64,000 nt of DNA from Octopus vulgaris (GCA_951406725.2 OX597822.1:28768001-28832000), one strand, 5' to 3'; positions 27,535 to 41,220 are shown, counted from the first letter of the stretch. Program-made: numbers and translations. The notes: generated by a model from the letters alone, not told the origin.

Positions 27535-27900
27535 AAAATTAACAGAATGAGATAAAAATCCAAGGCTGTGAAATATCTCAGAACATTTATAAAGAGAAGG
27601 TCTTACAGCTGTTTCCGGGATATTTTATATATCCCTTCATCGGAGACGCTGCGAGGAGGTGGTTAAGCAATTGTTATTCTATATACAATATCCCTGCATA
27701 TCTCACGTCTGTTTTCATTCTACTTCACTCTCTATTTCATATCTTCTTTAGAATAACTACTGCTTAACCATTTTCTCGCACCGTCTCCGATGAAGGAATA
27801 TATAAAATATCCCGGAAACAGCTGTAAGACCTTCTCTTTATAAATATTCTGAAATCTTTCACAGCCTTCGTTTTTCATCTCATTCTGTTAATGTTATATA
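27535..27900. mobile_element. Small fold-back element with a hammerhead-like motif in each arm (27600-27647 -, 27783-27830 +)
   Basis: Inverted arms of about 150 bp. Motif GTCT-CCGATGA-A-GG(G/A)ATAT-ATAAA-ATATCCC-G-GAAA-CAGCTG-TA-AGAC. Confidence 0.72.
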
Positions 27901-27954
27901 TATACATATGTGTATGTGCGTGTGCGTGTATGTGTGTGCGTGTGCGTGTGTGTA

Positions 27955-27999
<45 letters not shown>

Positions 28000-28592
28000 T
28001 ACGAGTGTTATTAAAGATAAATTTCAAAATTATGCTTGGTAGGAATATAGTATCAAAGTGAGTACTGTAGTTGCATGTACCGGTTATTAATGCCACCCAA
28101 CCTCCATGAGTGTCTAAAACCTTCAGTTAGTTTGATTTACTAACCTCAGTCTATCTTCCCATCGATAAATCCAAATGTCTATGTAGAGACTACTATTTTC
28201 CGGTATATATATATATTCCTCGGGAGTAGAAAATCCAAGTTTCCCGACGATCACACCGTAAATAATCCAAATATTACGACAATGAAAATTCTTTAACACA
28301 TCTTTAATGATTTGTTACAACTGTTTCTGTACCAACTCTACAGACGTGTTAAATAATTGTCTTTGTCTTATTATTATTATTTGGATAAATGTATATGTAC
28401 GTGTGAGTGTGTGCATGCGTGCATGTGAGTGTCTATGTGTATTGTATGTGTGTGTGTGTGTGTGTGTGTGAATAAAAGTATATATATAAATATATATATA
28501 TATATTATATATATATATATATATATACATACACATATATACATATACATATACATATATATATATATATACACACACATACATACATATAC

Positions 28593-28664
<72 letters not shown>

Positions 28665-28681
28665 GTATATGTATGTATGTG

Positions 28682-28717
<36 letters not shown>

Positions 28718-28784
28718 CACATACATACATATACATATATATATATATATATACATACATATATATATATATATATATACATAC

Positions 28785-28824
<40 letters not shown>

Positions 28825-29046
28825 TCTGTGTGTTGTATGTGTTACAAGATAGTTAATGAATGATAAAGAGCATTTGTATTACACTAAACTGAGAATAATT
28901 ATCCGTTCTATTTATTTAAATACGAATATGATATCTTCGTTTTTAAAATAGCTGAATGAATAATAGCATTTGGGAATTAACGAATAAAAGAACATTAAGT
29001 GACGGCTGATATATAATACCACAATTGCTTACAATTAGCGAGGACT

Positions 29047-30127
<1,081 letters not shown>

Positions 30128-30377
30128 TCGGGCTCGAAAGGATGAAAGGTAAAGTCGACCTCAGCGGAATTTGAACTCAGAACGTGACGGCAGACGAAAT
30201 ACCGCTAAGCATTTCACCCGGCGTGCTAACGGGTTCTGCCAGCTAATCGCCTTTAAATACAGAGATACACAGATACACATATGCATGCATGTATGCATAC
30301 ATACATACATACATACATACATACATACATACATACATACATACATACATACATACATACATACATACATACATACA

Positions 30378-31358
30378 TACGAGGGGAAGTCAAAAATTAT
30401 CACCACTTCACTTTAACATATCTTTATTGTCACACTGCCTTTTGCGCATACGTGCTTATTGTAGGTACTATTGTAGTCACGTGTTCGAAGTTTGAGCCTC
30501 ATCACACCATTTTTCTTTCTGGTTTTACAGTCTAAGCATGGCCGTTTCATTAGCAATGTGCACCAAAGAAGAACAACGAGCAGTGATCCGATTTTTCTGG
30601 TCGAAATGTGTTTCAGGTACTGAAATTCATTAGAGTCTTTTAGTGTAATACGGGAAGAGTGCACTACCACGTAGATGTGTGTATGAGTGGATCGAAAAGT
30701 TTAAAAGTTGCCGGATAAGCGTGACGCACGAAGAAGGCACAGGACACCCGACAACCTTCACCACTGTGGAGGCACATGGCCTAGTGGTTAGAGCAGCGGA
30801 CTCGCGGTCGAGGGATCGCGGGTTCGAATCTCAGACTGGGTGATGTGCGTGTTTATGAGCGAAAACACCTAAGCTCCACGCGGCTCCGGCAGAAGGTAAT
30901 GGCGGACTTTTGCTGACTCTTTCGCCACAACTTTCTTTCACTCGTTTCTCCTGCATCTTGCAGCTCACCTGCGATGGACCGGCGTCCCGTCCAGGTGGAG
31001 AACCTATAGGCCAAGAAACCGGGAAACCGGCCCTTGTGAGCCAGGCATAGCTCGAGAAGGAACAAACAACCTTCACCACTGACGAGAAGATTCAGTAAGG
31101 TCGAGAGATGGTAAAAGTGAATCGGTTCACCATTACCATCTCTCGGATCACTGCTCTTTGTTCTTCTCTGGTGCACAATGGTATTGGAGCGGCTATGCTT
31201 ACATTGTAAAGCCAAAAAGAAAAATGGCGTGATCAGGCTCAAACTTTGATCACGTGACCACAATAGTACCAACTATAAGCATGCATGCGCAGAGGGCAGT
31301 GTGACAATAATAAAGATATGTTATGGTGTAAGTACGGATATTTTTTAACTTCTCGTGT
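30378..31358. mobile_element. Mariner-derived fold-back element (left end duplicated in inverted orientation) carrying a nested SINE
   Basis: TACGAGGGG terminus and a decayed transposase N-terminus (MAVSLAMCTKEEQRAVIRFFW...VYEWIEKFK). About 31145-31358 is an inverted copy of 30378-30590. Confidence 0.8.
30767..31065 (+). mobile_element. tRNA-derived SINE (family B) with a 16-bp TSD
   Basis: A box TGGCCTAGTGG and B box GGTTCGAATC. TSD ACAACCTTCACCACTG at 30751-30766 and 31066-31081. Confidence 0.9.
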
Positions 31359-31373
31359 TTGTGTGTGTGTGTA

Positions 31374-31431
<58 letters not shown>

Positions 31432-31432
31432 A

Positions 31433-31775
31433 AGGTGCCTGGCACAGTAGCTAGAGCGTCAGGCGCTCAGTCTTGAGGTAGTGAGTTCGATTCCCAGACC
31501 GGGCTGTATTACGTTCTTGAGCAAGACACTTTATCTCACGTTGCTCCAGGTCACTCAGCTGAAGAAATGAGTTGCAATGTCACTGGTACCAAGTTGTATC
31601 CACCTTGGATAACATTGGTAGCGTGGGGAAGGGAGGGGAGGGGAGGCTGGTATGCATGGGCGACTACCTTTCATTCTTGTGGTATCAATAAGATAAGTAC
31701 CAGTTTAGCACTGGGATCGATCTAATCGACTACCCACCTCACCAAAATTTCAGGCCTTGTGCCTATAGTAGAAAG
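31433..31775 (+). mobile_element. tRNA-derived SINE followed by a family C SINE 3' fragment
   Basis: TGGCACAGTAGCTAGAGC...GAGTTCGATTCCC and a TTGAGCAAGACACTTTA core, then CCTTTCATTC...GATAAGTACCAG. Confidence 0.7.
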
Positions 31776-32629
31776 AATATGTATGTGTGTATGTACGTAT
31801 GTATGTATATCTGTATGTATATTTGCATACATGCATGCATGAGTGTATGCATATATATATGCATATATGTAAGCAAGCAGGTTCGTTTTCAGCAATTTCA
31901 GTTTTAGGAAATTTGGAAAGAACTAGAACAGTATATTGAATTATGATAACGCATATTATATATAGGAGAGAAACAGACATAGTCCCTACAGTGACTAACG
32001 CGAACGACGGTCGCGTTTCACCTTTATCGAGGTTTGACAATGCCATGCACACGACTCTTACCTGCTTAAACAAAATTCGTGCCTCGTTGTATAGGAAACA
32101 GTGGATAAATTTTTCAATGATATTGCCCAAGCTTGCTGGACTGAAATAAAATTCAACATACGCAATTGAGATAGCATTAAATTGAAATCCACATCTATCT
32201 ATCGTACCAACTGTATACACACCGTTAAGCATGATGCTCTAGAATATTTATACATATTGTTGTTTTATTTTTAATTCTCATCACATATTTTATAGGCCTT
32301 CTTTGTTTGAAACCCCAAGCTTAATCTTGCCACCTAAACGTTAATCAATTAATAAACTCCGTGATCAATGACTTAGTAAAATCTCCCAATCATTAACGCA
32401 AGTATTCAATTAAGTAACCTAAGAGTTTGACCTTTCTATTGCATTCATCTTCGTTGTACTTTTTACTAACATCGTAAGCTATAAATTGAATATTCTGTTA
32501 GGCTCATCGAAAGAGCATTTCATACACCGCAAGCTCAGCAATAATTTTAGATTACATATCAAGATTATAATCTTATGAAAGTTTTGAATTTAACTATTTC
32601 TATCTACGTACAAAGAACTAAATATTCTT

Positions 32630-32880
32630 TTCTTTCTTTTATTCTTTTATTTGTTTCAGTCATTTGACTGCGGCCATGCTGGACCACCGCCTTTAGTCAA
32701 GCAATTCGACCCCAGCACTTATTCTTTGTAAGCTTAATACTTATTCTATCGGTCTCTCTTGCCGAACCGCTAAGTTACGGAGATATAAAAACACCAGCAT
32801 AGGTTGTCAAGCGATATTGGGGGGACAAACACAGACACACAAACATAGACATACACACAAACACACACACACAAACACGT
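32630..32880 (-). mobile_element. SINE family A, 3' half
   Basis: Reverse complement of the 3' half of 1743-2135. Confidence 0.8.
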
Positions 32881-32902
32881 ATATATGTATATATATGTAT
32901 AT

Positions 32903-32967
<65 letters not shown>

Positions 32968-32971
<4 letters not shown>

Positions 32972-35900
32972 TCAATAAATGGTGGGGTTGTGTTGACCGC
33001 ACGTGGAGAAATGATAAGTAAGGAAAATTTTTTTTTTTTTAAAAATGCAGAATGCTCAAATGAAAGAAAATTTTAATAAAATGAGAAAATGATAAAATAT
33101 ATAAATATATATTTATTCAACCGGTTTTCGTCATTGTATGACTTGTCAAGAATATTTATGTTTTAAGAAGTTTTTTTAAAAATTAGAAAGGGGAAAAAAA
33201 GAAAATTGCATTGTTTTTTGTAAAAGAATAATGATAAAAATGTACAAAATTGAAAAATAAGTTCTCCGATACATTGTGAGTTCGTTGTGTATCTTGAGTT
33301 TTATGGTTGTTTACCAAAAAATTACCTTGAGGTGTTAAGATCCAAAGGGATTAAGAGCATGTGATGTGTTGTGTTGTTAAATTCAGCATGTTGCAGGACA
33401 GGAAGTAGTAGTAATTGTGGTCCTGGTTCTTCAGTTCCTGTGTTGTGAGTAAGGGGAGACAACTCTTTTGAGTTCTTCAATAAAACCCAAATTATAAAAC
33501 TATCATTTTAGCTTCATTTGCATTATCTTTTTTATATAATTGCTTGTTAACTTAACTTTCAGATTTTAACACTTTATTTATATTATTTTCTAATAATATA
33601 AATCTGCATAGACAATTGCATTTCAAATTGTCATATCATTTATAATAAAAATGATAGTAATAACAACAATAGTAAAAATGATATTTAAAGAATATAAGTT
33701 TTAGCTTGAAGTGATGAATGCATGGTATCTTTATATATTTATGTTAGTCCATCCATGAAGAGTGAGGTAGAGAAAGGAAGTTTGATCAACGAGGAGTTTG
33801 CATATTAAGTTGTGTTTGGAATTTTTCAATAAAGAGATTCTCCTTGTTAATTCTCTCCTGTGTGGTGATCCCGTCTTTACATTGGTAGAAGGGGAATATA
33901 TAGAATTTGGGGTTTAAGTCTTTAGCACATGAGTCTAAGTGGTCACTCAGTGGAATTTGTCGGTATTCCGGGAGATTTATTTGTTCTTTATGCACCGTTA
34001 CTCGTTTACGTAACGGGAGACTCGTTTGTCCAACATAATTATGTTGGCAACCAGCGCATGTGAGAACGTAGATAAGGTTCTCGGAGGAACAGGAGAAGTT
34101 AGTCTTGATTTTAAACTTCGTACCTTGTTTGAAGGTAAATTCAGAGCCTTCAAGTAGAAAGGGGCAGGTACCACAGTTTGAGCGTGCACATTTTTTTACT
34201 GTTGGGGGTGGATGTGGTGTGTGAAGTTTGGCATTTGTCAAGAGTTTTTTTAAAGATTTGTGTTGCCTTTTGCATTTGAGGATTTTGTGTGTATTTATAA
34301 TGTTTTTCATTTTTGGGTCTGTTGACAGTAGACTGAGGTTTTGTATGATTGTGGTGTATGCTTCGATATTTTTGGGGTTGTGGGTGGAAATGTATGGAAG
34401 TATTTTGAGGTTGTGTGTGGTGTTAGGTTGGGTGGTTTTCAGTGTAGTGTTGTCTAGTTCTTTGGCGCGTTTTATTCCATACTCTATAAGGGTGGAGGGA
34501 TATTGACGTTGTAATAGTGTTTTTTTGAGGTCTTGAAGGCGTATTTCTCGTGTTTTTGGATCCGAGACAATGGTGCATACCCTTTTAGCTAAATTGAAAG
34601 GGATATTTGTCTTGGTGTGTTTTGGGTGGCATGAACTAAAGAGGAGGTATTGTTGTGAGTCTGTAGGTTTGTGGTAGATGTCTGTTATGATTTGGTTCTT
34701 AGGTGTTTTTATAATTAGGAGATCAAGGAATGGGAGATGATGTTTGCTTAATTCCATAGTGAATTGGATGTTGGGATGTATGTTGTTTAGTATGGTTTTG
34801 AATTCCAGGAGTTTTTCATAAGGTTCTTTCCATATGATGAAACAATCATCTAAATACCTTTTCCAGTTTTCCATTAGGTAGGTGTGGAAAACATGTCCAA
34901 ATTTCTGGCTTGATATTTCATAGAGTGACAGTTCGAAGTAACCCATTATGAGGTTCGCAAGGACTGGTGCAGCCTTGGTACCCATCGCAATGCCACATTT
35001 TTGACGGTAGTGTGTGTCGTCGAAGAGAAAAAATTGTTTGTCAGAATGAACTTAAGAGATTCTGTAATAAAAGACTTGTTAATGCGGTCAGGGAATGCCT
35101 CTGGGTGTTTTTCTAGCCAGAAGTCAATTGCCTCTATACCACACTCATGTGGAATGTTGGTGTAGAGGTTACCACAATCATACAAAACCTCAGTCTACTG
35201 TCAACAGACCCAAAAATGAAAAACATTATAAATACACACAAAATCCTCAAATGCAAAAGGCAACACAAATCTTTAAAAAAACTCTTGACAAATGCCAAAC
35301 TTCACACACCACATCCACCCCCAACAGTAAAAAAATGTGCACGCTCAAACTGTGGTACCTGCCCCTTTCTACTTGAAGGCTCTGAATTTACCTTCAAACA
35401 AGGTACGAAGTTTAAAATCAAGACTAACTTCTCCTGTTCCTCCGAGAACCTTATCTACGTTCTCACATGCGCTGGTTGCCAACATAATTATGTTGGACAA
35501 ACGAGTCTCCCGTTACGTAAACGAGTAACGGTGCATAAAGAACAAATAAATCTCCCGGAATACCGACAAATTCCACTGAGTGACCACTTAGACTCATGTG
35601 CTAAAGACTTAAACCCCAAATTCTATATATTCCCCTTCTACCAATGTAAAGACGGGATCACCACACAGGAGAGAATTAACAAGGAGAATCTCTTTATTGA
35701 AAAATTCCAAACACAACTTAATATGCAAACTCCTCGTTGATCAAACTTCCTTTCTCTACCTCACTCTTCATGGATGGACTAACACAAATATATAAAGATA
35801 CCATGCATTCATCACTTCAAGCTAAAACTTATATTCTTTAAATATCATTTTTACTATTGTTGTTATTACTATCATTTTTATTATAAATGATATGACAATT

Positions 35901-36504
35901 TGAAATGCAATTGTCTATGCAGATTTATATTATTAGAAAATAATATAAATAAAGTGTTAAAATCTGAAAGTTAAGTTAACAAGCAATTATATAAAAAAGA
36001 TAATGCAAATGAAGCTAAAATGATAGTTTTATAATTTGGGTTTTATTGAAGAATTCAAAAGAGTTGTCTCCCCTTACTCACAACACAGGAACTGAAGAAC
36101 CAGGACCACAATTACTACTACTTCCTGTCCTGCAACATGCTGAATTTAACAACACAACACATCACATGCTCTTAATCCCTTTGGATCTTAACACCTCAAG
36201 GTAATTTTTTGGTAAACAACCATAAAACTCAAGATACACAACGAACTCACAATGTATCGGAGAACTTATTTTTTAATTTTTGTACATTTTTATCATTATT
36301 CTTTTACAAAAAACAATGCAATTTTCTTTTTTTCCCCTTTCTAATTTTTAAAAAAACTTCTTAAAACATAAATATTCTTGACAAGTCATACAATGACGAA
36401 AACCGGTTGAATAAATATGTATTTATATATTTTATCATTTTCTCATTTTATTAAAATTTTCTTTCATTTGAGCATTCTGCATTTAAAAAAAAAAAAATTT
36501 TTTA

Positions 36505-36508
<4 letters not shown>
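32968..36508 (-). mobile_element. Young Penelope-like element (Neptune-type RT plus GIY-YIG), 5'-truncated, with an inverted 1.34-kb copy of its 3' part
   Basis: ORF 33786-34985 has AMGTKAAP, WKRYLDDCF, LPFLDL, YHKPT, SCHP, CARSNCGTC and NLIYVLTC...YVGQT...R...H...H. 35171-36508 (+) is the reverse complement of about 33016-34355. (TA)n flanks. Confidence 0.93.
36373..36413 (+). ncRNA. U3-A8 variant hammerhead-like motif in the PLE terminus (other copies 33114-33154 -, 51449-51489 -, 53285-53325 +)
   Basis: TATTC-TTGACAA-GTCA-TACAA-TGAC-GAAA-ACCGGT-T-GAATA. Confidence 0.6.
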
Positions 36509-36560
<52 letters not shown>

Positions 36561-36683
36561 CATATATATATCTAATATAGGATAAAATATTTCCAAAAAA
36601 TTTCTATCAATGGCCAGCAGATTAAAAAATACCCTTAAAGGTTAAATTTATAAACAACTTATAAACAAGGGCAAAAGAAAAGA

Positions 36684-36938
36684 TTTCTAATGCCCAATAT
36701 GCCGAAAGTAGACACTTCATCAATAACCATATAATTTATCACTATAAGTACGTGTCTCGTTTCTTCGAGACACGTACTTATAGTGATAAATTATATGGTT
36801 ATTGACGAAGTGTCTAACGAGACACGTACTTATAGTGATAAATTATATTGTTATTGACGAAGTGTCTATTTTCGACATATTTGGCATTAGAAAGCCCGTC
36901 GTATATATAAGTTGTATATATATACGACGGGCTTCTTT
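36684..36938. repeat. Nested inverted repeats (A-B-B'-B'-A') followed by a SINE-derived palindrome
   Basis: A 51-bp segment B (36709-36759) is followed by two reverse-complement copies. A and A' are TTTCTAATGCC...GGCATTAGAAA. Then GCCCGTCGTATATATA...TATATATACGACGGGC. Confidence 0.8.
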
Positions 36939-37046
36939 CTTGGTAGGCCCGAGGCTATAGTGGAAGACACTTCCCCAAGGTGCTACGCAGTGGGACAGAA
37001 CCCCGAACCATGTGGTTCGTAAGTACGCTACTTACCACACAGCCAC
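36920..37046 (-). mobile_element. SINE family A, 5' fragment
   Basis: Reverse complement of the head of 1743-2135. Confidence 0.75.
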
Positions 37047-37325
37047 ATGTGTGTATATACATATATATATATATTTGCATATATGCATATATATATATAC
37101 ACACACACATATACCTACGCATATGCATATATATGTTCTCACACTTATACACACACATATACACACTTACATATGTGTGTAAATGTGTGTATGTATATAG
37201 GTGTATGCGTGTGCGTGTGTGTGTGCGTGCGTGTGTGAGATCGATCAGTATTATGTGAGTTATTAAATGGTTTTTGTTTTTTTTTTACAGATACCTGAAA
37301 ATTTCTCAAGTACACACATATATAA

Positions 37326-37404
<79 letters not shown>

Positions 37405-37829
37405 TAAATCACCAGATAGCCAGTGCGCTTACTTTCAACGTTTCATATTGATATATTCTAACTACCAACCAAAATAAATCTGAAACTAATTCATCATTCC
37501 ATGTAGGAGCAAAGGTACTTTTAAATATTTGGCGATTTATACAACTAAAACCACTAGACGGATTGAATACATCTGACGTTAATTGTACTAATGAGCAGTG
37601 CCAATATATACATGCAGCATCACTACAGCAAGATAATTACCTTTTTATGACTAAAGTAATAATTCCTTGCATTTCTCAATAGAAATACTTTTGAAATACA
37701 CATATATTTAGAATTATAAATAATTGTATTTCTAAGTGTTGCTAAAGTTTCATGTTGAAGACTTTAAATGTCGATATATAACCAAGACTTTTAGGATCAG
37801 TTATTACATTGTTTACTATAACTTTTAAA

Positions 37830-39842
37830 ATGGTAACATCATTTCAGTTGCTTATGCTTTCTCTTATAATGTTCTCAAATGATGCATCACTTGCACAATT
37901 CTTCAACAATTGCAGCCCAGCTTTGTGTTCTGATCCTCCTGCATATGACGTACCTGAACGTTGTTCGTGCCGCCCGGACTGCTACCTCTATAATGAATGC
38001 TGTTCTGACAAGATTAATAAAACCACTTCTGATCACAAACAACCCTATCCATCAATGTATTATAGTTGTAGAATGGTTAGTGATTCTTATTATTATCTGT
38101 TTGACCGTTGTCCACCTAACCATGATGTTGCAGAGCATGTAAACCACTGTGAAAACCCTGACTCCGATGATCAACTGCAAAACATACCCGCTTTTGGTAA
38201 AACAAGTAAAAGACTCTACAGGAACATGTATTGTGCTCTGTGTCATGGAGAGGAATTCACTCTTTGGAATATTCTGTATAAATGTAATTTAAGCTCTAAT
38301 GTAAGCCTTGAAAATTTATCAAATTATGTCAATAGATGTATGCGAATTGTAAAGGCTCCGGCGGAGAAATATAAACATTATTTGCATTCTTGTATTCCAC
38401 ACATTTCGAGTTGTCCTCAAGATTACAATAATACCGAACAAAGAATGGCATGTGAGACCGAGCCAATGGCGTTAATATATTTAGATAAGAAATATATATC
38501 ATATAATAAGAAATATGTATATGATAAGTTTTACAAAAATAGAGGTTGTGCCACGTGTAACGGGATTTCTGAAATTCAATGTAGAGTATTGTATTATATA
38601 AAGACTAAAACACCTATATTTAATTCACTAACAATCCTTTTCAATTATCATACCAATTTTTTAGAGATAAGAGATGCATTAACCGAAACTGTTCTACAGT
38701 TGCCATCCTGTTCAAAGCACGCTGTCTACGATATGAATACCAATCAATGTCGACAAGTTATCTACCATCCTCCACTAAACTGTACATCAACAAGATTAAA
38801 TGAATCTGAGTATTACATTACTAATGATGGTCGTCTCTACTTAAATAATACCCAACGCTTGCTGAACCAATCAGAATTCACTCGTGATTCTCAAGGTATA
38901 ATAAGTATCTGTGTAAACAATGGTACCAATAATATATCAAATATCAATGATGTATCAAAGTATTCCGTGGCTGAGAGCTATATCACATTAGTGGGACTCG
39001 TAATCTCTATTCCGGCTCAGGTAATCACTATTATAGTCTATCTCTGTATACCCGATCTCCGTACCTTACCAGGTAAATTACTCATTAGTCTTTTATCAGC
39101 ATTGTTTGCAGCTGAGCTTCTCTTTCTCATCTCATCACAAATCACTACATCTCTAGTGATGTGTAAATCTTTAGCTATAGTGATGCATTATTCCCTTCTA
39201 GCGACTTTCTTCTGGATGAATGTCATGTCTTTTGATGCCTGGTACACTTTCTCAGGATTTACACAACTTCGAAGTAAAGGAAAACATACCAAGAGATTTG
39301 TATTGTATTCCTTATATGCTTGGATCTGTCCACTTGTAATAGTAATAGTATCACTGATATTTGAGTATATTCCTGGAAATCACGGACTTTCTCCAGAATA
39401 TGGAAATGGTAATTGCTGGATTACAAATGGAAAAAATCTACTATGTTTTTTTGCAATCCCCGTAATGATTATTTTATGTCTTAATTTCGTAGCATTTACC
39501 CTCACCGCTAGAGGGCTCTATTTGGCACGCAAACTTTCTTCGAAATATTTACCAAAACATAACAAACCTGAGTTCATCATTTGTGTAAAACTATTCTTTG
39601 TCATGGGACTAACATGGATATTCGCATTTCTGTATACGTTTACAGGAATTGAAGAATTTTCTCTATTATTTTGTATTTTAAACTCATTCGTTGGGTTATT
39701 TATTTGTGTATCATTTCTATCAACAAAGACTGTCCGTCGCAATATTCTCCGGAATTTGAAAATAATTATAAAATTGCCCGCAAAAGAGTCTGTTGATTTG
39801 ACTTCTGCTCATAAAACAACTTCAACAGATATACCTGCATAA
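37830..39842 (+). CDS. Intronless family B (Methuselah-like/adhesion-type 7tm_2) GPCR with signal peptide, somatomedin-B-like and Cys-rich ectodomain, 670 aa
   Basis: AAAATGG Kozak start and a hydrophobic signal peptide. SMB-like CSCRPDCYLYNECCSD. Repeated YRNMYCALC / YKNRGCATC motifs and many NxS/T sites. Seven TM segments with LRTLPGK, HYSLLATFFWMNVMSFD, YSLYAW, CWI, KLFFVMGLTWIF and LNSFVGLFI. Confidence 0.93.
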   Translation: MVTSFQLLMLSLIMFSNDASLAQFFNNCSPALCSDPPAYDVPERCSCRPDCYLYNECCSDKINKTTSDHKQPYPSMYYSCRMVSDSYYYLFDRCPPNHDVAEHVNHCENPDSDDQLQNIPAFGKTSKRLYRNMYCALCHGEEFTLWNILYKCNLSSNVSLENLSNYVNRCMRIVKAPAEKYKHYLHSCIPHISSCPQDYNNTEQRMACETEPMALIYLDKKYISYNKKYVYDKFYKNRGCATCNGISEIQCRVLYYIKTKTPIFNSLTILFNYHTNFLEIRDALTETVLQLPSCSKHAVYDMNTNQCRQVIYHPPLNCTSTRLNESEYYITNDGRLYLNNTQRLLNQSEFTRDSQGIISICVNNGTNNISNINDVSKYSVAESYITLVGLVISIPAQVITIIVYLCIPDLRTLPGKLLISLLSALFAAELLFLISSQITTSLVMCKSLAIVMHYSLLATFFWMNVMSFDAWYTFSGFTQLRSKGKHTKRFVLYSLYAWICPLVIVIVSLIFEYIPGNHGLSPEYGNGNCWITNGKNLLCFFAIPVMIILCLNFVAFTLTARGLYLARKLSSKYLPKHNKPEFIICVKLFFVMGLTWIFAFLYTFTGIEEFSLLFCILNSFVGLFICVSFLSTKTVRRNILRNLKIIIKLPAKESVDLTSAHKTTSTDIPA

Positions 39843-39899
39843 ACTTCTGTTTATTAACTCCGCAGTTTTGCCGTTATGCAAAACTTGTATGAATTTAAT

Positions 39900-40515
39900 C
39901 TGAATGAATGTCATGTTATTTGGTGCCTAGTGCCCTTTCTCAGGACTTACACAACATTAAAGTAAGAATAAAGTACCAAGAGACTTATTTTGTATTGCTT
40001 ATGTGCTTGGATCTGCCCTCTTGTAATAGTAACAATCTCACTGATACTACTTTCTCCAGAATATGAAAATGCTATTCGCTGGATTACAAATGGAAAAAGT
40101 GTGCTATGGTTGTTTGCAATCCCTGTAATGATTATTTTATATGTTAATATCATTGCATTTATCCTCTTCGCTAGAGGTCTGCATATAGCCAGTAAGCTTT
40201 CTTCAGGATATGTATCCAAACATAGCAAAAAAAATTCTTTACATAAAACTATTCTTTATAATGGAATTAACATGGATATTTGCATTTCTGTATACGTTTA
40301 CAAGAATTGAAGAATTTTGTCTATTATTCTGTATTCTGAACTCATTTGTTGGATTATTTATTTGATTATCGTGTCTATCAACAAAGATTGTTCGTAGCAG
40401 TATTATTCAAACTTTACACAAAATTATAAAATTATCATCAAGAATATGTATTGATGTTACTTCTGCTCTCGAAATAATATCAATGAATATATCCGCTGGA
40501 AGATCTGTTCACTAA
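39900..40515 (+). pseudogene. Decayed tandem duplicate of the GPCR 3' half (end of TM3 to C-terminus)
   Basis: Aligns to about 39216-39857 (ATGAATGTCATG...; GCTTGGATCTG; TTTGCAATCCC; AACTCATTTGTTGG), with stops, a deletion after TM4 and frameshifts. Confidence 0.88.
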
Positions 40516-40804
40516 AAACATAGTTGTTCTTTAGAATTAAACCCATTTTAATTATGCCAACGACGGTTTCCTATTTTTATTTTCTTGAGCAGCTAGAAAT
40601 AATTGCCAAATGTTACTTAAGTAAATCACTTGAAAGAGGACGGAAATATTGGATAGTATGGTCTGAATGTAAGTCTGGACTGTCCCTGCTGAAATGTCTT
40701 TGACTATAATTTGTCTCAGCTTTGCCTGACCTAAGATGAAATATCAACCACAAAATCTATTTTAAGCATTCATTGTACAAAGAGGGTTTGAACATAATTC
40801 TGTT

Positions 40805-41220
40805 TACTCTCTTTTACTCTTTTACTTGTTTCAGTCATTTGAATGCGGCCATGCTGGAGCACCGCCTTTAGTCGAGCAAATCGACACCGGGACTTATTAT
40901 TTGTAAGCCCAGTACTTATTCTATCGGTCTCTTTTGCCGAACCGCTAAGTGACGGGGACGTAAACACACTAGCATCATTGTCAAGCGATGTTGGTGGGGG
41001 GACAAACACAGACACACAAACATATAAACACACATACACACATATATATATATATACATATATACGACAGGCTTCTTTCAGTTTCCGTCTACCAAATCCA
41101 CTCACAAGGCATTGGTCGGCCCGGGGCTATAGCAGAAGACACTTGCCCAAGATGCCACGCAGTGGGACTGAACCCGGAACCATGTGGTTGGTTAGCAAGC
41201 TATTTACCACACAGCCACTC
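40805..41220 (-). mobile_element. SINE family A, full length
   Basis: Reverse complement of 1743-2135 type, with a (AAGAGTA)-type tail. Confidence 0.88.

Noticed and set aside
30767-30840. tRNA gene in the SINE heads (also 45461, 50930, 31433)
   Set aside because: A and B boxes are present but there is no complete cloverleaf, and the sequence continues into a SINE body.
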